Positions 12,969-25,085 of a stretch of 64,000 bases of DNA are shown here, in pieces; the stretch's first letter is position 1, and every line of letters starts with the position of its first letter. The notes beneath the pieces are model-generated. The model was not told the origin of the DNA, searched no databases, and saw only the letters and a list, made by a program, of their open reading frames with translations. The DNA lies in assembly GCA_976551045.1 (NCBI GenBank), contig CDPCPM010000020.1:1984001-2048000 (forward strand). The letters run 5' to 3'. A program made the position numbers and the translations under genes. Origin of the DNA: Glaucostegus cemiculus (lineage: Eukaryota).

Positions 12969-14714
12969 ATAGGCAAATAGAATTAGCAAATAGAAAACAG
13001 GCAGGCAGAGTATTATTGTTACTGTAAGGAAAGTGAAGTTCCTACTGCTGTTCAGACCCTTCACCGTGAGATCACCATTTATCTCCTCCAACAAAGCCCT
13101 CTTCATCAGTAATTTTTCACCTCCATATCATAATTAATTTTACAAGCATCTGGATAACAGACAAGTGAAGGGGAATAAATATTAAAATAGAAAACATAAA
13201 ATCTAAACAAAATGAGGGATGGATATTAGCAAAGATGTAAAAGAAATGGATCTGATACCATTACTGGGCATTCACTGAATGTATCAAATCAATGTGAAGC
13301 TCTTATCCCTAAAGCTAATGATATACAGGGATGCGAGAAAACATTGAAATAAGGCCATTCAAAATGTTATAAATTCTATAGAATATTGCAGAGGGCACAT
13401 AAAATTTATGTTTGCAATCTTGGGTCCCTCATGTTCAATTGAGGAAGATTCAAATAATAGCAACCATCTCTTTGGTTTAGAACTGAAATTTATATATTTT
13501 TAAATTGTATGAAAAGAAACTTAGAGAACCAAGCTTGCTTTCCATTGGAGAAGCACTGCAGAGGCCCAGGTAAGTGTAGATATAAGCAGCCTACAGTGAA
13601 TACAGAGCTAGATTACAAGAGAATGTTATTTACAAGCTTAAAGTGACAGTATGGATTGGAAAGTTTTTTCCATGCAATAGTGGATATGTGGAACAGATTA
13701 CTGACAGAAACAAGTTATGGCTGTAATAAAATGATAAACATCTAGTTAGAAACAGGTTTGGCAGCTCCAAGTAGACAATATAAGTTGTAACAGACAAGAT
13801 GCCACCCTTCTATGCTGTATCATTCTATAGTCAGGAACCATATTCTATGCCACATGGTGGTTTTTAGGCCAGCTGCCATGTTGCTTCAAAGAAAAAACCT
13901 GGTTAAAGATGAATAATGTGAGTTATGTGATTGAACAGATGTGGTGAGTTTTTCCTTGATTGCTTTTATGGGACAAGTGAAACAACTCCTCACTCAAGAG
14001 GTTAATAAATTGGGTAGAATCCATTGAAAGGGCAACTTGGACAAACTGTGCTCACTCTGTGGAAATAATGGATCAAACAAATCAAATGGTCGTGTTCTGT
14101 GCTTCCTGGTGTTACTTGATTCAACTCTCCACATTATAGCAAGCACAGGACAGAAATGACACCAAATCCAAACAGAACATGGGAAATCATCAAAAAAACT
14201 TCAATGATACTGTAACAGTCAGCAGCTTCACTATTCTAGCACACATTGAGTCAGTATTAAATACTATAGCTTCATTTAGTAGGCAGCAGAGAAAATCCCT
14301 AACCTGATTCTAGAGTTATTGCAGTCCAAAGGTATACAGGATTGAGTACTAAGTGAGAATAACTTACTTCATGACAAAATCCACCTGCCACAACATTAAA
14401 GTGATACATGAAGGAAGGCAGAGCCAGTGGATAAGGATTTCTATACATTTTTTTTAAATATCCCCCATTGCTGAGCATTTCTGTTCAGGATCAGAAATAT
14501 TCCTTATTGATACCAATTTTCCTTCCTGATGCAAACTGCTCCCATTAACAGCTCTGTCTTTGTTGTCAAACTTTATAATGTACAACGGGAAGAAACCATT
14601 TTACTAGAAAGGCATATGATAACAGCAAGCTTGATGGGAAAATTCATTAATAGTTTACTTGATTAATTAACAAAATAAAATAAGACTTTGGATTATTAGA
14701 GTATTATGGACCTT

Positions 14715-15345
14715 CTCAGCAAGATTTTCCCAAATGGAATGGTCATTTTTACATTTGAACATTCGCTTCTGGAGTCCCTTGAATGAAATACACACCATAC
14801 TTTCAAAAAACCCCGAATTCATTATGCGCTGTTATCTAGGTGCCCTGGATGGAATTCACATTATTATTTCAAGGCTCCCTGGAATGCAAACAGTACTTTG
14901 ATTTCAATAGTGTCTGAAATGAAATGTACACTGTCATTTCAGGATTCTCTGGATGTAAGATGCTTTGCTATTTCAGGATTCTTTAAAATGCAATTTGCAT
15001 TGTAATTTCAAGGTTCCCCATAACACAACATGCACCCTAGTTCCAGGATTCCCTGGTCGGAATGTGCACTGCTATTTCAGGATTTCCCCAGAATGCCGCG
15101 TGCTCTGTAATTTCAGGATTGGCAGGATGGAATACACTGTTATTTCAGGACTCCTAGAATGCAGGAACTATTCCTCTCTCAGGTCTCGCTAGATGGACGG
15201 CGCGTTGTTCCAGTCCCTGGAATCTGTATTTCATGGTTCCCTTGAATACACTACTACCGTAACATCAGAATTCCCTGGCACGTAATGCACGCAGTTATTT
15301 CAAGACTCCTTGGATAAACATGATAGTGCACTGTTTCTTCAAGAT
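14715..15345 (+). repeat. Degenerate ~35-bp tandem array (~18 units)
   Basis: ATTTCA-like anchors at 14866, 14901, 14936, 14970, 15005, 15040, 15074, 15110, 15142, 15176 ... 15297. Consensus about ATTTCAGGATTCCCTGGAATGCAATGTGCACTGYT. Confidence 0.85.
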
Positions 15346-17119
15346 CAAGAAAGAAACATTCATTTATCTGCAAACATTCAAATCCTTGATTTCAAAATGT
15401 ATGCAGTTGGAACTGCAAAAAGTGAGAATACATTTTTTTTTTGGGGGGGGAGCTAAAGCGTCTAATCCCACTAAATCTTCAACGCCCGAAATAACTAGAT
15501 TTTTTTCTCACTTCTTCAAGTGTCCAACTGAACAAACTTCGGCCTTCCAGAAAATCACAACATTTACACTCACCGAAGGTTTGTCTTGCCCGCCCTGGTC
15601 GGTTAAGTGACTTTGACCTTTCCAGTCTCGGTCACTGAGGGGCACTTTTATTAATTTGCATTTCTCAACGCTGGTCCAAAGTGAAATCGATTTATCTTTG
15701 CTTTTATCTTATGATATATGAGAGACGTTATAACAAAACGATAGCTTGCTATACTAAAAGACGTATTGCCATACGTGAAAATCAAACAATCTTCAAAAGA
15801 ATAGGGACTGTGCCCATAAATGCTGACGTACACATCACAAAATACGCAGAAGATGGCTTAACAGAGTGAGGCATATTCAGTTATAATTAAATGGCAGGCA
15901 GGACAAACTAGGCATTTTATTTACACCTCATCCGATCCATCGTTTGCTTCTTTCGTGTCCATTAGCACCCTCTTTCACCTTGTGCTGTCATCCCTTTTCT
16001 GTCATTTACTCGTTCCAGCAATTTACCCAGTCACCTACCTTGCCTTTTGTTCTATTATCTGCATTTTAAAGCCTGTTTAACTTTCTTTTCCCAGTCCTAA
16101 GGAAAGCTCATTGACCTGAAACTGTTTCTCTCTCCACAGACACTGCCTGACCTGCTGCATGTTTCCAGCATTTTCTGCTTTCATTTCAGATTTCCAGTAT
16201 CGGCAGTAATTTGCCTTTGGAGATTTGAAGTATGTGAAGAGATGATTTAACCAAATTCATTATGGAGCACATGAAGTAGTCTAGACCTGCTGGCAGCAAG
16301 ACTGAAACAACATATAGACACAGGATGATATGGCAGGCAACATTCACACTACAAAAGTGCCAGGCAATCTCCAAAAGTGAGTCCAACTATTCACTCTTGA
16401 CATTGAATGGCATTACCACTCTGAGTCTCACACCATCAACATCCCGAGGGTCACTATTGACGAGAAACTCAACTGAATCAACCAGATAAACACGTGAACT
16501 ACAAGAGCAGGTCAGAGTCTAGGGATCCTGCAGTGAGTGACTCACTCCTGACATCCCCAAAGACTTTCCACAAATCAGGAGTCTGAGGGAACACTCTCCA
16601 CTTGCTTGGATGAGAGGTCCAGGCACTCCGACATCCCCTCCCGAATCCACAGGCTCCATTACAACCGGGAAACGGATCGCCATTCCCTCATCATCACTGG
16701 GTCTAGATACTCGAACACCCATCCTAATGCACTGGGGGAGCACCTTCACCAAAAGGTCTGTAGTCAACAAATTGGCTCAGCACCACCTTCTCACCAGCAC
16801 GGGCAATGAATGGTGGCCTTGCCATCGAAACCCAGGTCCTAAAAATTGAAAGTAAATATAGAGAGCATTTAACAGAACACAGTGTGGAGAATTTGTATGG
16901 ACATGAGGATGGTCATTCTGTGGTACAGGAGACCATTCAAGTATGGTAAGGGGAGCAGTGAAGAGTAACATGGTAGTGGGTGGGGACAGTAAGTCAGGGG
17001 GAGAGATACTGCCCTCTATGAACATCAGCGTGAGTCCCACAGGTTGTATTTCATGCCCAGTGCAAGGGTTAATGTCACCTTCTTGGAGCTTGAGAGGATC
17101 CTGGTGTAGGAAGGGAAGA

Positions 17120-17670
17120 ACACATGAATTAGGAGCAGAAGTAGGCCACTCGGCCCATTGAGCCCATTCTGCCATTCAACAAAATCTTGGGTGAACTGAT
17201 TGTGGGTGAACTCAACATTCTCATCTACCCCACCCTTCAACTCTGCTTATCAAGAACCCATCAACCCCTACCTTCAAAATATTCAAAGACTCTGCTTCCA
17301 CCGCCCTTTGTGGAAGAGAGTTCCAAACACACCCCTCTCTCTACGTTTTGCTTCATCTCTGTCTTAGAAGGGCAACCTCCTATTTTTAAACAGTGACCAC
17401 CTAGTTCTAGATTCTCCCACAAGGAGAAGCATCCTCTGCACATCCACCTTATGAGGACCCCTCAGGATCTTATTATTCAATCAAGTCCCCTATCACTCTT
17501 CTAAACTCCAGTGGATACAAGCCTAGATTGTCCGACCTTTCCTAATAGGACAACAAGCTCATTCCAAGTATTGTTCCAGTAAACCTTCTCTGAACTATTT
17601 CCAGTCCATTACCATCCTTCCTTGAGAACAATACTGTACACAGTACTCCAGATGTGGGCTCACCAAGGAA
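17120..17670 (-). mobile_element. CR1 3' fragment
   Basis: aggagcagaagtaggccactcggcccattgagccc 3'-UTR signature followed by reverse ORF2 remnants. Confidence 0.8.
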
Positions 17671-18174
17671 CAATTTGTGGTGGAAAACCCATAGAGCTCT
17701 ACTGAAGAAACACGAGGATCTGTGGTCTAAATAAGTACAAGGGTAATAATCCCTGGATTACTACCTGAACTACATGAACATTCATGTATGGACAAACAGA
17801 TCAGAGACTTGGGTGTATGGGAGGAATGGGGTTTCAATTCATAGGCCACTGACACCAGTACTGGGAGTAACTAAGGTACAGTAGCATAGTGCTTAAATTA
17901 CTGGAGTAGCAACCAGAGATCTGGACTATTGATCCAGAGATTGAGCCCCACTGTGACAGATGGGAAATATAAAATCATGTAATTAAATAAAGTTCAGTAA
18001 TGGTAAGCATGAAACTACTGGACTGTTGTAAAACCCCATCTGCTGTCCTTACCTGGCCTAGTCTATGTGTGACTCGTGACTCACCAATGTGGTTGACTTC
18101 CCACTCCCGTTGGTTCAGAGGAAGTTATGGAGGGACAGTAAGTGGCAATTCCTCATGTCTACATTGCAGAAATG

Positions 18175-20490
18175 AATAACTAGAGAAAAAGTACCAGGCA
18201 AACTAATGGGACTGAAGGCTGACAAATCCCTCGAACCCAATAGCCTACATCCTGGGATCCTAAAAGAGCTGAATGCATTAGTTGTGTTTTTCCAAAATTC
18301 CAAGGATTCTGGAAAAGTCACAGTGATTGGAAAACATCAGATGTAACACTGCTTCTCAAGAAAGGAGGGAGAAAATTTAGAACAACAGAGCAGTTAGCTG
18401 AACAACATTTATCAGGAAAATGTTAGAATCCATTGTTAATCACAAGATCACAAGATCACAAGATAATGGAGCAGAAGCAGGCCAGTCGGCCCATCGAGTC
18501 TGCTCCAAAGGGAAGGGAAGGTGGGGGGGGGGGGGAGAAAAAAAAACCTACTATTCTAAGTCCAAATCCCTGCCTTATCTCCATATCCCCTGATACCTTG
18601 ACCAATTAGATATCTATCTATTTCCTTCTTGAATATCCCCAATGATCTGGCTTCCACTGCTCTCTGTGGTAAGGAGTTCCACAGGTTCACCACCCTCTGG
18701 CTAAAGAAATTCCTCCTTATCTCTGTTGTGAACCTGCTTCCTCTAATTCTAAGGTTGTGTCCTCTAGTCCTGGATTCCCCCACCAAGGGAAACAGCTTGA
18801 CCACATTCACTTGATCCATTCCTTTCAACATCTTGTACGTTTCTATTAGGTCCCCTCTCATTCTTCTGTACTCCAACGAGTACAGTCCAAGTGACGACAG
18901 TCGCTCGTCATATGTAAACTTTTTCATCCCAGGAATCATCCTAGTAAATCTCCTCTGAACCCTCTCCAACATCAGCACATCCTTCCTAAGGTATGGGGCC
19001 CAAAACTGCACACAGTACTCCAAGTGAGGCCTCACCAGTGCCCCATATAGCCTCATCAACACTTCCTTGCTTTTATATACTATACCCCTCGAAATAAATG
19101 CCAACATAGCATTCGCTTTCCTTACTGCCGATCCAACCTGGCGGTTAACCTTTAGGTTATCCTGTACGAGCACCCCTAAGTCCCTTTGTACTTCTGTGTT
19201 TCCAATTTTATCTCCTTCTAGATAATAGTCTGCCCTTCCATTTCTACTTCCGAAGTGTACAACTGCACATTTTTCCACGTTGAACCTCATCTGCCATTTC
19301 TTCGCCCATTCTCCTAGAATATCCAAGTCTCTCTGTAACTTTCCTGTCTCCTGTGTCTCAAGTGGATTGCTAAGAAAAGAGTTTCAGTGGACTAAACTGG
19401 TTTTATGAAAAGGAAATGAGATGTAAGATACTTATTACAGTTCTCTGAGTATGTAACTAGCAGAGTCACCAATGGGAGCCAGTTGGCATAGTGTATTTTG
19501 ATTTCTAAAAGGTATCCAACAAGGAACTACAAAAAAAGGTTACTGTACACGATAAGGGACTACGAATTGAGGATTTGTTTGAGAGAGAGTAAATATAATG
19601 TTTAGGTCAGCAAACTATAACTAGTGGGGTGCCGTGGAGATCAGGAGCTCAGCTATTTACAATCCACATTAATGACTCAGATGAAGGGACCAAATGTAAC
19701 ATATACAACTTTGCTTCCTAAACAGAGATATGTGGGACAGTGAACTGTGGAGAGGGCAAACGAGTCAGCAAAAGGATATAGAGGGGTTAAATACATTGGC
19801 AAAAAGATGGCAGATGGAACTCTGAGATTATCTATTTTTATAGGAAGAGACATAAAAAAATCAGAATATTATTTTGACTGCTGGTGTTCAGAAACATCTG
19901 GATGTTCTCATGCCAGAAATGCATAAAGGTAGCACACAGGTCCCAGAATAATCAAGGCAGCAAATGAAATGTTGGCCACTATTGCAAAGGGAATGAAGTA
20001 CAAGAGATAAACACTCTTGCTGGAACTGTACAAGGCGATGGTGAGACTACACCTGGAGTACTCTAGGCTCCTTATTTGAGGAAGGAGAATCTTATCTCAG
20101 TGGTGGTAGCAAAGATGAAATAGACTGATTCCTGGGGGAGCCTTTGAGAAAAGATTGAGCAAAATGGATTTATAATCTCTGAAGATTAGAAGAATGAGAA
20201 GTGATCTCACTGAAACATAAGATTTTGAGGGGGTACAGCTTTGGGGATTTTTGCCCTGATGAAATGGTCTAAGTTTAGGGGGCATGATTTGAGAGTTAAG
20301 CATTGGCCACTTGAGATGAGGAGAATTGTCTACATCAGAGGACTGTGAATGCTGAGTCACTGAGGCTGAGGGACATAGATTTTTGGAGTACAGGGGAATC
20401 TAGAGTGATGGGGATCCGGGAGGTAAATGGTCTTGAAGCCAAGGATTGAATCCTCCTCAAGGGACTGTACGGTTAACACATAAGGTCATA
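18175..20490 (+). mobile_element. Old, heavily mutated CR1 (RT region), host of a younger insertion
   Basis: ggactgaaggctgacaaatccc, aagaaaggagggaga, cagctatttacaatccacattaatgac, gtgagactacacctggagtac, agaagaatgagaagtgatctc. Confidence 0.75.
18439..19350 (-). mobile_element. Young 5'-truncated CR1 LINE with uninterrupted ORF2 C-terminus
   Basis: 256-aa stop-free ORF (WQMRFNVEKC, RDLGVLV, LYGALVRPHLEYCVQFWAP, RRMRGDLIETYK, RNFFSQRVVNLWNSLP) and (ATCACAAG)x3 tail at 18439-18462. Confidence 0.93.
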
Positions 20491-21189
20491 AATTGCTCCT
20501 TTTGTTGCATTGTTTTTTAACAGAGATGAACATGAGATGTAGAGATTGTTTAACATAAATCAAGGTGATGTTTCAGTCCACAACTTTTTGTTAGGGACAG
20601 GGGATTGACAATCCAAAATATTTCCAGTGTGCCACATGAAATTTTATTTTAGTGTTTTTTCAGTCCAAGCTTCTTGGAACTTTCAATGATCACTTTTGAT
20701 TTTTCACTTTTTTAAGTTCCCAATAAGAATTAAATATATTTAAAGTAACTAAATTAACTCAAACTAATGTATATTACATGAAACTTGCCTTTCTCCCTTG
20801 GATCTGTTCCTCTCTATTGTAGTGAGTAGTCACTGAATTTGCCTAATGTGGCCTGGCTTTAGTGGGCAGATTTCCTTGGGAAACATCGGGAACTTGGCAC
20901 TCCTCCACTGAACTTCATAAGGAATCCAATGTGGGAGCAATGTGGGAGCAATGTGAGAGTGCCTGCTGCAAGAACCACTCAACAAGTTTGGGACTTCTGC
21001 ATTTGCCTGAACAACCCTCATTAGTAATTCAGACTGTTAACCTAGACTTGCCTGCAAAAAAGTTCTGCATCTCTGAGTTAACAGCACTCAATGTGAAATC
21101 TATGTTGAAATTGTTTAATAGAGGTCGATATAAAGTATATGTCACGATTATTTAACATATCTTGGAATTAAGTATTTGGAATGATTATT

Positions 21190-22400
21190 TAATCTTAGAA
21201 TTGCAGGTGATCAGCAATGACTAAAGTTTGACATTTATGTTGTTAAGCCATTCTAATGAATTGAGAGTGAGTTCATAAAACTCAAGATACGGGGTCATCA
21301 AAGGATAGGATTGGGATAAGGTGAAGAATGTATTTCATTGATTGGGTTGAATGCCCACGGTCATATTTAGGAATTTGTTTGTGTGTTGGATGCATTAGTT
21401 GACCACACCTACACTGACCAGATCAGAGCCTGCTTAATGTGGACATTTCTTCCATTTGAAGTCATAGCCTAGACATTTGGATGTAGGGTCCTAGATGAAG
21501 ATTTTGTTGTGAGAAGTTATCTAGGTCCATGCACAAACAAGGGTTTGGGGGGATGGTTTTAAGATCCTCAACCTGTTACCACATTGGGGATAGCTTTATG
21601 GGGAAGTAGTGAATAGCAGGTAAGGATTTGCTGAGATTTCCTCCAGGTGAGTCTAGTCTGTGCTTCTATTAGGAAAGATGTTCTGGCTCAAGAAAGGCAG
21701 CCATTGTGAAGACCTGTTTTAAGTGACCCCATGACAGACACTGTACACAGGGATCAGACACCAACTCCTCAATTAGTGCAACAAGTTTGTTAACTAAGGA
21801 GAAAAAGGACTACATTTTCTGTCTGGATTTTTCAAGATGATGCTTGAAAGTTAAGCACCAATCCAGGGTTAAACCCAAGTTTGTGGGGTGAAAATTATGT
21901 TGTACTTTCTTTCCACATAAGGTGAGCTCCAGGTCCAATTCTGCATGACATTATCCAGGTGGGATGTAGAGACCACAGATCTGGAAAGGTTTGCCCTCAG
22001 GAACCAACAACAAAGATCTTTCCATTGATGGGTGCATTGTTAAGGTCATGAATTGGCCCCAGAAATGACCAGCTGTCTTGAGGACAGAGGCCATTTAGGG
22101 GCTTCCAGGTGGTTCATTTTTCCTTTGCCCCTTTGCTCAATCACACCAAAGCCCAAGTTCAGCCCACCGTCAAGATCTGTAAATCACACTTGCTACAAAT
22201 CTGTGTGGGTGGTCATAGTGGTTAGTGTTGGTTACCTGTATTGTCATGAGGAAGCTCCTGTGTATTTTTATGAAGGAGCATGTCCATGTGGGGGAGGGCT
22301 GGTATCTTCTGTCTGACAGAGGTAGATCTAGGAATAAGTTCTGCTCAGATTTTGAGAAGCTAGTGATCAAGTTGAAACGACCTTAAACACAATAATCTGG
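21190..22400 (-). mobile_element. Possible ancient LINE endonuclease-region remnant
   Basis: Minus-strand pieces translate to ICGLYIPPG and HPTH, loosely like APE-endonuclease motifs. Very degraded. Confidence 0.25.
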
Positions 22401-24297
22401 GAATTGTTATCTGAGTTATGTGAGATTTGGTGTAGGTTTCAATGGATCAGCAAGTTTACTTCTGACTCAAAGGTCATTGTAAGAGGAAAGACTTTTGAAT
22501 CATCCAGTACCAATACCGGGGATGAAAGAGCTATTCCACTGGGACAAGTTCTTTTTAAGCCAGCTGGGACCAGCGTCCTGGCAAATCTGCTAAGGCAGTG
22601 GGCAGGGCTTTAAACAAGTAAAGGAAAAGTGGGCATGGGGGTTTCAAGAGGAGGTTATAGATTTTAAGGAAATGGATGAGGCTATAGAGAAGAAGGATTT
22701 GAGTGACGATAATCAGAGTGTGATGGAGGGACAGCCGGTTTAACAGGAATGCTGCATCAGTAAACAAAGTCAATTCAAGGAAAAACGGTAAGAAGTTAAA
22801 ATGAATCCTCTCATATTTGAATGCATGAAGCATTTGGAACTGATGCTCAGATGGCATAAATAGAGAAAAATGTGTTTGACCTAACAGCTTTTACAGAAAA
22901 GTGGTAGCAAGGTGACCGAGGAACTGGCATTAAATACTCCAGGGTACTTGGCACTTAGAAAGGGTAAACAAGATGGGAAAAGAGATGGCAAAGACTTGAT
23001 AATACAGGATAAACCACTGAGGAATAATCTTGGCCCAGAAGAACAATAATAGAATCCATATTGGTGGAAGTAAGAGATAATGTCGGACAAAAATTACTGA
23101 TTGGAGAGGTTTATGGAAATAATACAATTGGAGAGAGAGTATTAATCAAGAAATAAGAATTGTTTCTATTAAAGGTAAAACAATATTGTGGGGGACTTTA
23201 ATCTTCACATAGATTTGCCAAATCAAATTTGCAAATATAATTTGGAGGATGAGGTCTGAGAATGTTGTCAGGGCAGCTTTTGGAACAGTATATCTTAGAA
23301 CCAATTAGACAATAGGTTGTCTTAGATTTTATTTTGTATAGTAAGATTGGGTTAATTAGTAATTTCATAATAAGGAGTGGAAAGGTGAAAACAATGCAAC
23401 AGAATCTTAAGATAAAGGTCAGTTAAAGCCTAGAGTCTTAAACCCAAATAAAGTCAACTAATAAAATTGAGGGGTGCACTGGCTAAGATATATTGGCAAC
23501 TAGTTTCAAAGTTTTGCTGGTAGATAAACAATGGCACATTATAGAGAAATCTCTCCACTGAGAAATTAAAAACTCCATAAGGCAAGTGGTCCATCAAAGG
23601 TTAACTAAAGAGGTTAAAGATAGTAGTAGGTTAAATGAAAAGGTTTATAACGTTGCCAAGAGGAGCTGTAGGACTGGGATAATTTCAGGAAGCAACAGTG
23701 AATGATCAAAACATTCACAAAGATGGAAAAAAATACATGATGAGATTAATTTAGCAAGAAATATAAAAAGATTATCGGAGCTACATGGTGGCATAATGGC
23801 ACAACAATTTGGTGGCAAAAATAAATGTGTGTCCCGAAGAGACATTGACAGGAGAAATTACATTGGAAAATAAAGAAATGGCTGAGGCATTAATCACATT
23901 TTTTATCAGTTTCACTGCAGAAGACACAATAAATGAGGGTCTAACGACAGCAAGGAACTTAAAGTCATCAAGGGGAATAAAACCAGATTAATCCAATCCC
24001 CTGGACTGGAGGACCTGCATCCACTTTAATGAGGATGTACCTAGCAGGGTGGATAAGAGGGAACCTGTAGACGTAATATATCTAGGTTTTCATAATGCAT
24101 TTGAAAAGATGCCATACAAAAGGTTGCTACTTAAAATAAGGGCTCATTGGGCTGAGGTTAAGATACTAAAATGGGTAGAGGATTGGGTAGACGATGAACA
24201 GCAAAGAATAGGAATTAATGGTTTGTTTTCAGGCAGACAAACTGTTACGATTGAAGTGCTACAGAAATCAGTCCTAGGCCTTCAGGTATACACAATT

Positions 24298-24544
24298 TTT
24301 TTTTTATTTACAGCATGGTAACAGGCCCTTTCGGCCCAACGAGTCCGCGCCGCCCATTTTAAACCCACAAATTAACCTACCCGTATGTCTTTTTAGAATG
24401 TGGGAGGAAACCGGAGCACCCGGAGGAAACCCACGCAGACAAGGGGAAAACGTACAAACTCCTTACAGTCAGCGACGGGAATCGAACCCCGATCGCTGGT
24501 GCCGTAACAGCGTCGTGCTAACCGCTACGCTATCGTGCTGCCCG
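24298..24544 (-). mobile_element. Young V-SINE (HE1-like)
   Basis: gtgggaggaaaccggagcacccggaggaaacccacgcagac core, tRNA B-box (gggaatcgaacccc on +), CpGs intact, putative TSD CAATT (24293-24297, 24545-24549). Confidence 0.9.
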
Positions 24545-24654
24545 CAATTCATGTAATGACATCAGAAAAAAACAGATTGTAATATATTTAAGTTTGCTAC
24601 TGATATAAAGCCTGATAGGAAAGTCAGTTGTGAGAAGGACATGAAGGGTCTACA

Positions 24655-25085
24655 GTTTCCCCTTCTATAACTTTTTTTTAAATTTAGAGAAACGGAGCTG
24701 ACGACATTATATTGTTCTATTTCTATTGAAAATTTTAGCCCAGTTTTTTTTTCCTTGTTTTGTTTTTTTTTCTTCTTTTTTTTAAATTCATTTTCGGTTT
24801 AATTTACTCTATATTATTATGATTTTTTAAAAATTGATTTGGGGTTTTTTTTTGCGTTTTTTTTCTAATTATATAACAAATCTTTTTCTTTTCTATCTTT
24901 CACATTACACTTATGAACCGAGAGATTGTTGTTACTATTTCTTTTATATATATCATATTTTATTGCTTTTTTTTAATGATTACCTACAATTTACTTGATA
25001 TTTCTATAATATATGTGTAAACATTGTTGTTATATATTTTAACCTGTAATGATTTATCAATAAAAAAGATTGAAAAAGAAAGAAA
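24655..25085 (+). mobile_element. L1/Tx1-type LINE 3' UTR insertion
   Basis: T-rich body, AATAAA then GAAA-type tail, exact 12-bp TSD GAAGGGTCTACA at 24643-24654 and 25086-25097. Confidence 0.8.

Noticed and set aside
14715-15345. CRISPR or coding repeat (ORF 14965-15192)
   Set aside because: No spacers and the period is not a multiple of 3; the ORF is incidental.
15570-15661. snRNA-type gene suggested by octamer plus Staf-like sites
   Set aside because: No convincing PSE or recognisable snRNA body nearby.
24460-24544. tRNA-like sequences here and at ~60730-60807, ~690-740, ~37030-37085
   Set aside because: SINE heads attached to SINE bodies, with no full cloverleaf.
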